Assembly (NCBI GenBank): GCA_019234295.1
Contig: JAFALK010000030.1
Span: 1-24,000 of the forward strand
Direction of reading: 5' to 3'
DNA length: 24,000 nt
Source: Roseateles sp.
GTDB lineage: Bacteria; Pseudomonadota; Gammaproteobacteria; Burkholderiales; Burkholderiaceae_C
In this document: positions 22,665 to 24,000 of the stretch, in pieces
Layout of the letters: each line of letters begins with the position of its first letter
Position numbering within the stretch: position 1 is the first letter of the stretch
The notes under the pieces: generated by a model
The model's input: the letters and a program-made list of their open reading frames with translations, nothing else
Databases searched by the model: none
What the model was told of the DNA's origin: nothing
Translations under genes and position numbers: made by a program

Positions 22665-23117
22665 ATGACCAAACGCATCCATCTTGTCGCGGGGCTGTTG
22701 GCCCTGCTTTGCCTGGCCACGTTTTTCCTGTCGACCATGGTGACCGAACTCATCGGTTCCCATACGGCCGTCGCGCAGTTGAAGTCTTTGATCGTGTCGC
22801 CCGGTTTGTGGATCATGATCCCATCCATGGCTGCGGCTGGCGGCAGCGGCATGTTCCTCGCCAGGTCACGCAGAGCCAGACTCGTCGATGGCAAGAAGAA
22901 GCGCATGCCCATCATCGCTGCCAATGGGATCCTGGTTCTGGTGCCTTGTGCCCTCGCGTTGAATCACTGGGCAGCAATTGGTGCATTCGATGCAAGCTTC
23001 TATGCCGTGCAGTGTGTCGAGTTGATCGCTGGCGCTATCAACCTTGCTCTCATGATTTTGAATGCACGGGACGGCCTTCGTATCACTGGCCGGCTGCGCG
23101 CGGTATCTATTTCTTAA
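22665..23117 (+). CDS. Small integral membrane protein, about 4 TM, unknown function
   Basis: 150 aa with four hydrophobic segments: IHLVAGLLALLCLATFFL, LIVSPGLWIMIPSMAAAG, IIAANGILVLVPCALAL and AVQCVELIAGAINLALMIL. It starts 24 nt after the ABM gene, so it is probably co-transcribed. Confidence 0.6.
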   Translation: MTKRIHLVAGLLALLCLATFFLSTMVTELIGSHTAVAQLKSLIVSPGLWIMIPSMAAAGGSGMFLARSRRARLVDGKKKRMPIIAANGILVLVPCALALNHWAAIGAFDASFYAVQCVELIAGAINLALMILNARDGLRITGRLRAVSIS

Positions 23118-23189
23118 TCAAAGGCACTGTGAACCTTGGCCTACGCGCACCCGGCCTCCTCGCTGCATCCGATGCTGCGCTTCTACGTA

Positions 23190-24000
23190 TCAGCTCAGCG
23201 CGGAGCGTTTCGTTCGGACTGCCCTGGGTCCTGTGACCATCATCTTCGTCATAACGGCGACGACTCCAAGTAGGGCTAACAACAGAGCGACCACCGAGCC
23301 TTCTGAGCCGAACGTGCCGCCCGTGAGCCAAACGGGGCCAGTTAGGTGGCCATGGATGACCCCCGTACCGTCACTGGTGCCCGAGACCAGCGACGAAAAG
23401 ATTTGGCTCTGCGCAAAGTTCCAGGCGAAGTGGATGCCGATGCAAATCCAGAGCCTGCCCGTAGCCATATAAGCTGCTGCAAACAGCATCCCAAAGGCAG
23501 TGCAGGTGAGCACGCCAATCGGATTCGCCCCGACGTTGGGAGCATGCACGAGACCAAAGAAGGCCGATGAAATTACTACGCCCCAGACGGTGCCCCAGGC
23601 CCGACTGGATATGCCGAATATGACGCCGCGCCCGACCATTTCTTCCAGCAGCGCCACCCCCACATAGAAGGGGACAACGCCGAGCATGCCGAGGCCAGGC
23701 GCTGCGAAGCCGTCGATGTGGTACACGCCGAGGAGGAGCAGTGCCACGAACAGGAATACCTGCATCAACAGGCCGACCGCGATACCGTAGCCAAGCTCAC
23801 GCAATGCGCCCGGTGAAGACAACTCCGACATGGGCCGCCGCTCAATGCGCAGCACAAAGAATCGGTATGCGAGGAAGATGATCACCGACGCGAGGATCAT
23901 GGGCCAGACGTGCGCATAGGGGGCCGGCACCAGCGCTTTGGCGGTCTTGGTCACCAATGGCGCCGGCAACCACACCATGAACGAGCCCAACAGAATCCGC
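23190..24000 (-). CDS. CPBP-family intramembrane metalloprotease (CAAX protease / Abi family), N-terminus probably beyond the window
   Basis: Motifs are EExxxR = ALLEEMVGRG, FxxxH = SAFFGLVH and HxxxN = IGIHFAWN, within a polytopic membrane protein. The frame stays open upstream of the track start (a TTG at 23990) to position 24000, so the gene is probably truncated by the window. Confidence 0.85.
   Translation of the reverse strand, partial: RILLGSFMVWLPAPLVTKTAKALVPAPYAHVWPMILASVIIFLAYRFFVLRIERRPMSELSSPGALRELGYGIAVGLLMQVFLFVALLLLGVYHIDGFAAPGLGMLGVVPFYVGVALLEEMVGRGVIFGISSRAWGTVWGVVISSAFFGLVHAPNVGANPIGVLTCTAFGMLFAAAYMATGRLWICIGIHFAWNFAQSQIFSSLVSGTSDGTGVIHGHLTGPVWLTGGTFGSEGSVVALLLALLGVVAVMTKMMVTGPRAVRTKRSALS

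Overview
High-GC proteobacterial chromosomal segment. Gene content and codon style resemble a Burkholderiales-type betaproteobacterium, but the taxon is inference only. I can support about 24 protein genes, one riboswitch, several operator or terminator candidates, one short tandem repeat and one gene remnant. Left third: a partial membrane desaturase, an AT-richer patch with a small secreted ORF, and a divergent pair of exported GH63/GH37-like glycosidases. It also holds an orphan family-3 solute-binding protein, gluconokinase, a VapBC toxin-antitoxin pair and a secreted helical protein of unknown function. Middle: a glycosidase gene remnant, an alpha/beta hydrolase and an aldo/keto reductase. 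The most interesting part (about 12.0-19.1 kb) is a metal-homeostasis island. On the minus strand it carries a small ORF, an NRAMP-related transporter with a non-canonical NRMT-like metal site, and an OprB-family porin. Next comes a roughly 1.2 kb poorly explained divergent region. Then a clear yybP-ykoY Mn2+ riboswitch precedes a UPF0016 (GDT1/TMEM165/MneA-type) exporter. Last are divergent rcnA (NicO family, with a large loop insertion) and rcnR, separated by a TACT-N7-AGTA C-tract operator. A near copy of that operator lies 2.6 kb away in the unexplained region. Right end: an AmpC-like serine hydrolase, an 8-bp x7 tandem repeat, a LysR regulator divergent from an ABM monooxygenase plus membrane protein, and a partial CPBP protease. 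I saw no rRNA, tRNA, CRISPR array, IS element or integrase. All family calls come from motif recognition by eye; no database search or folding program was available.
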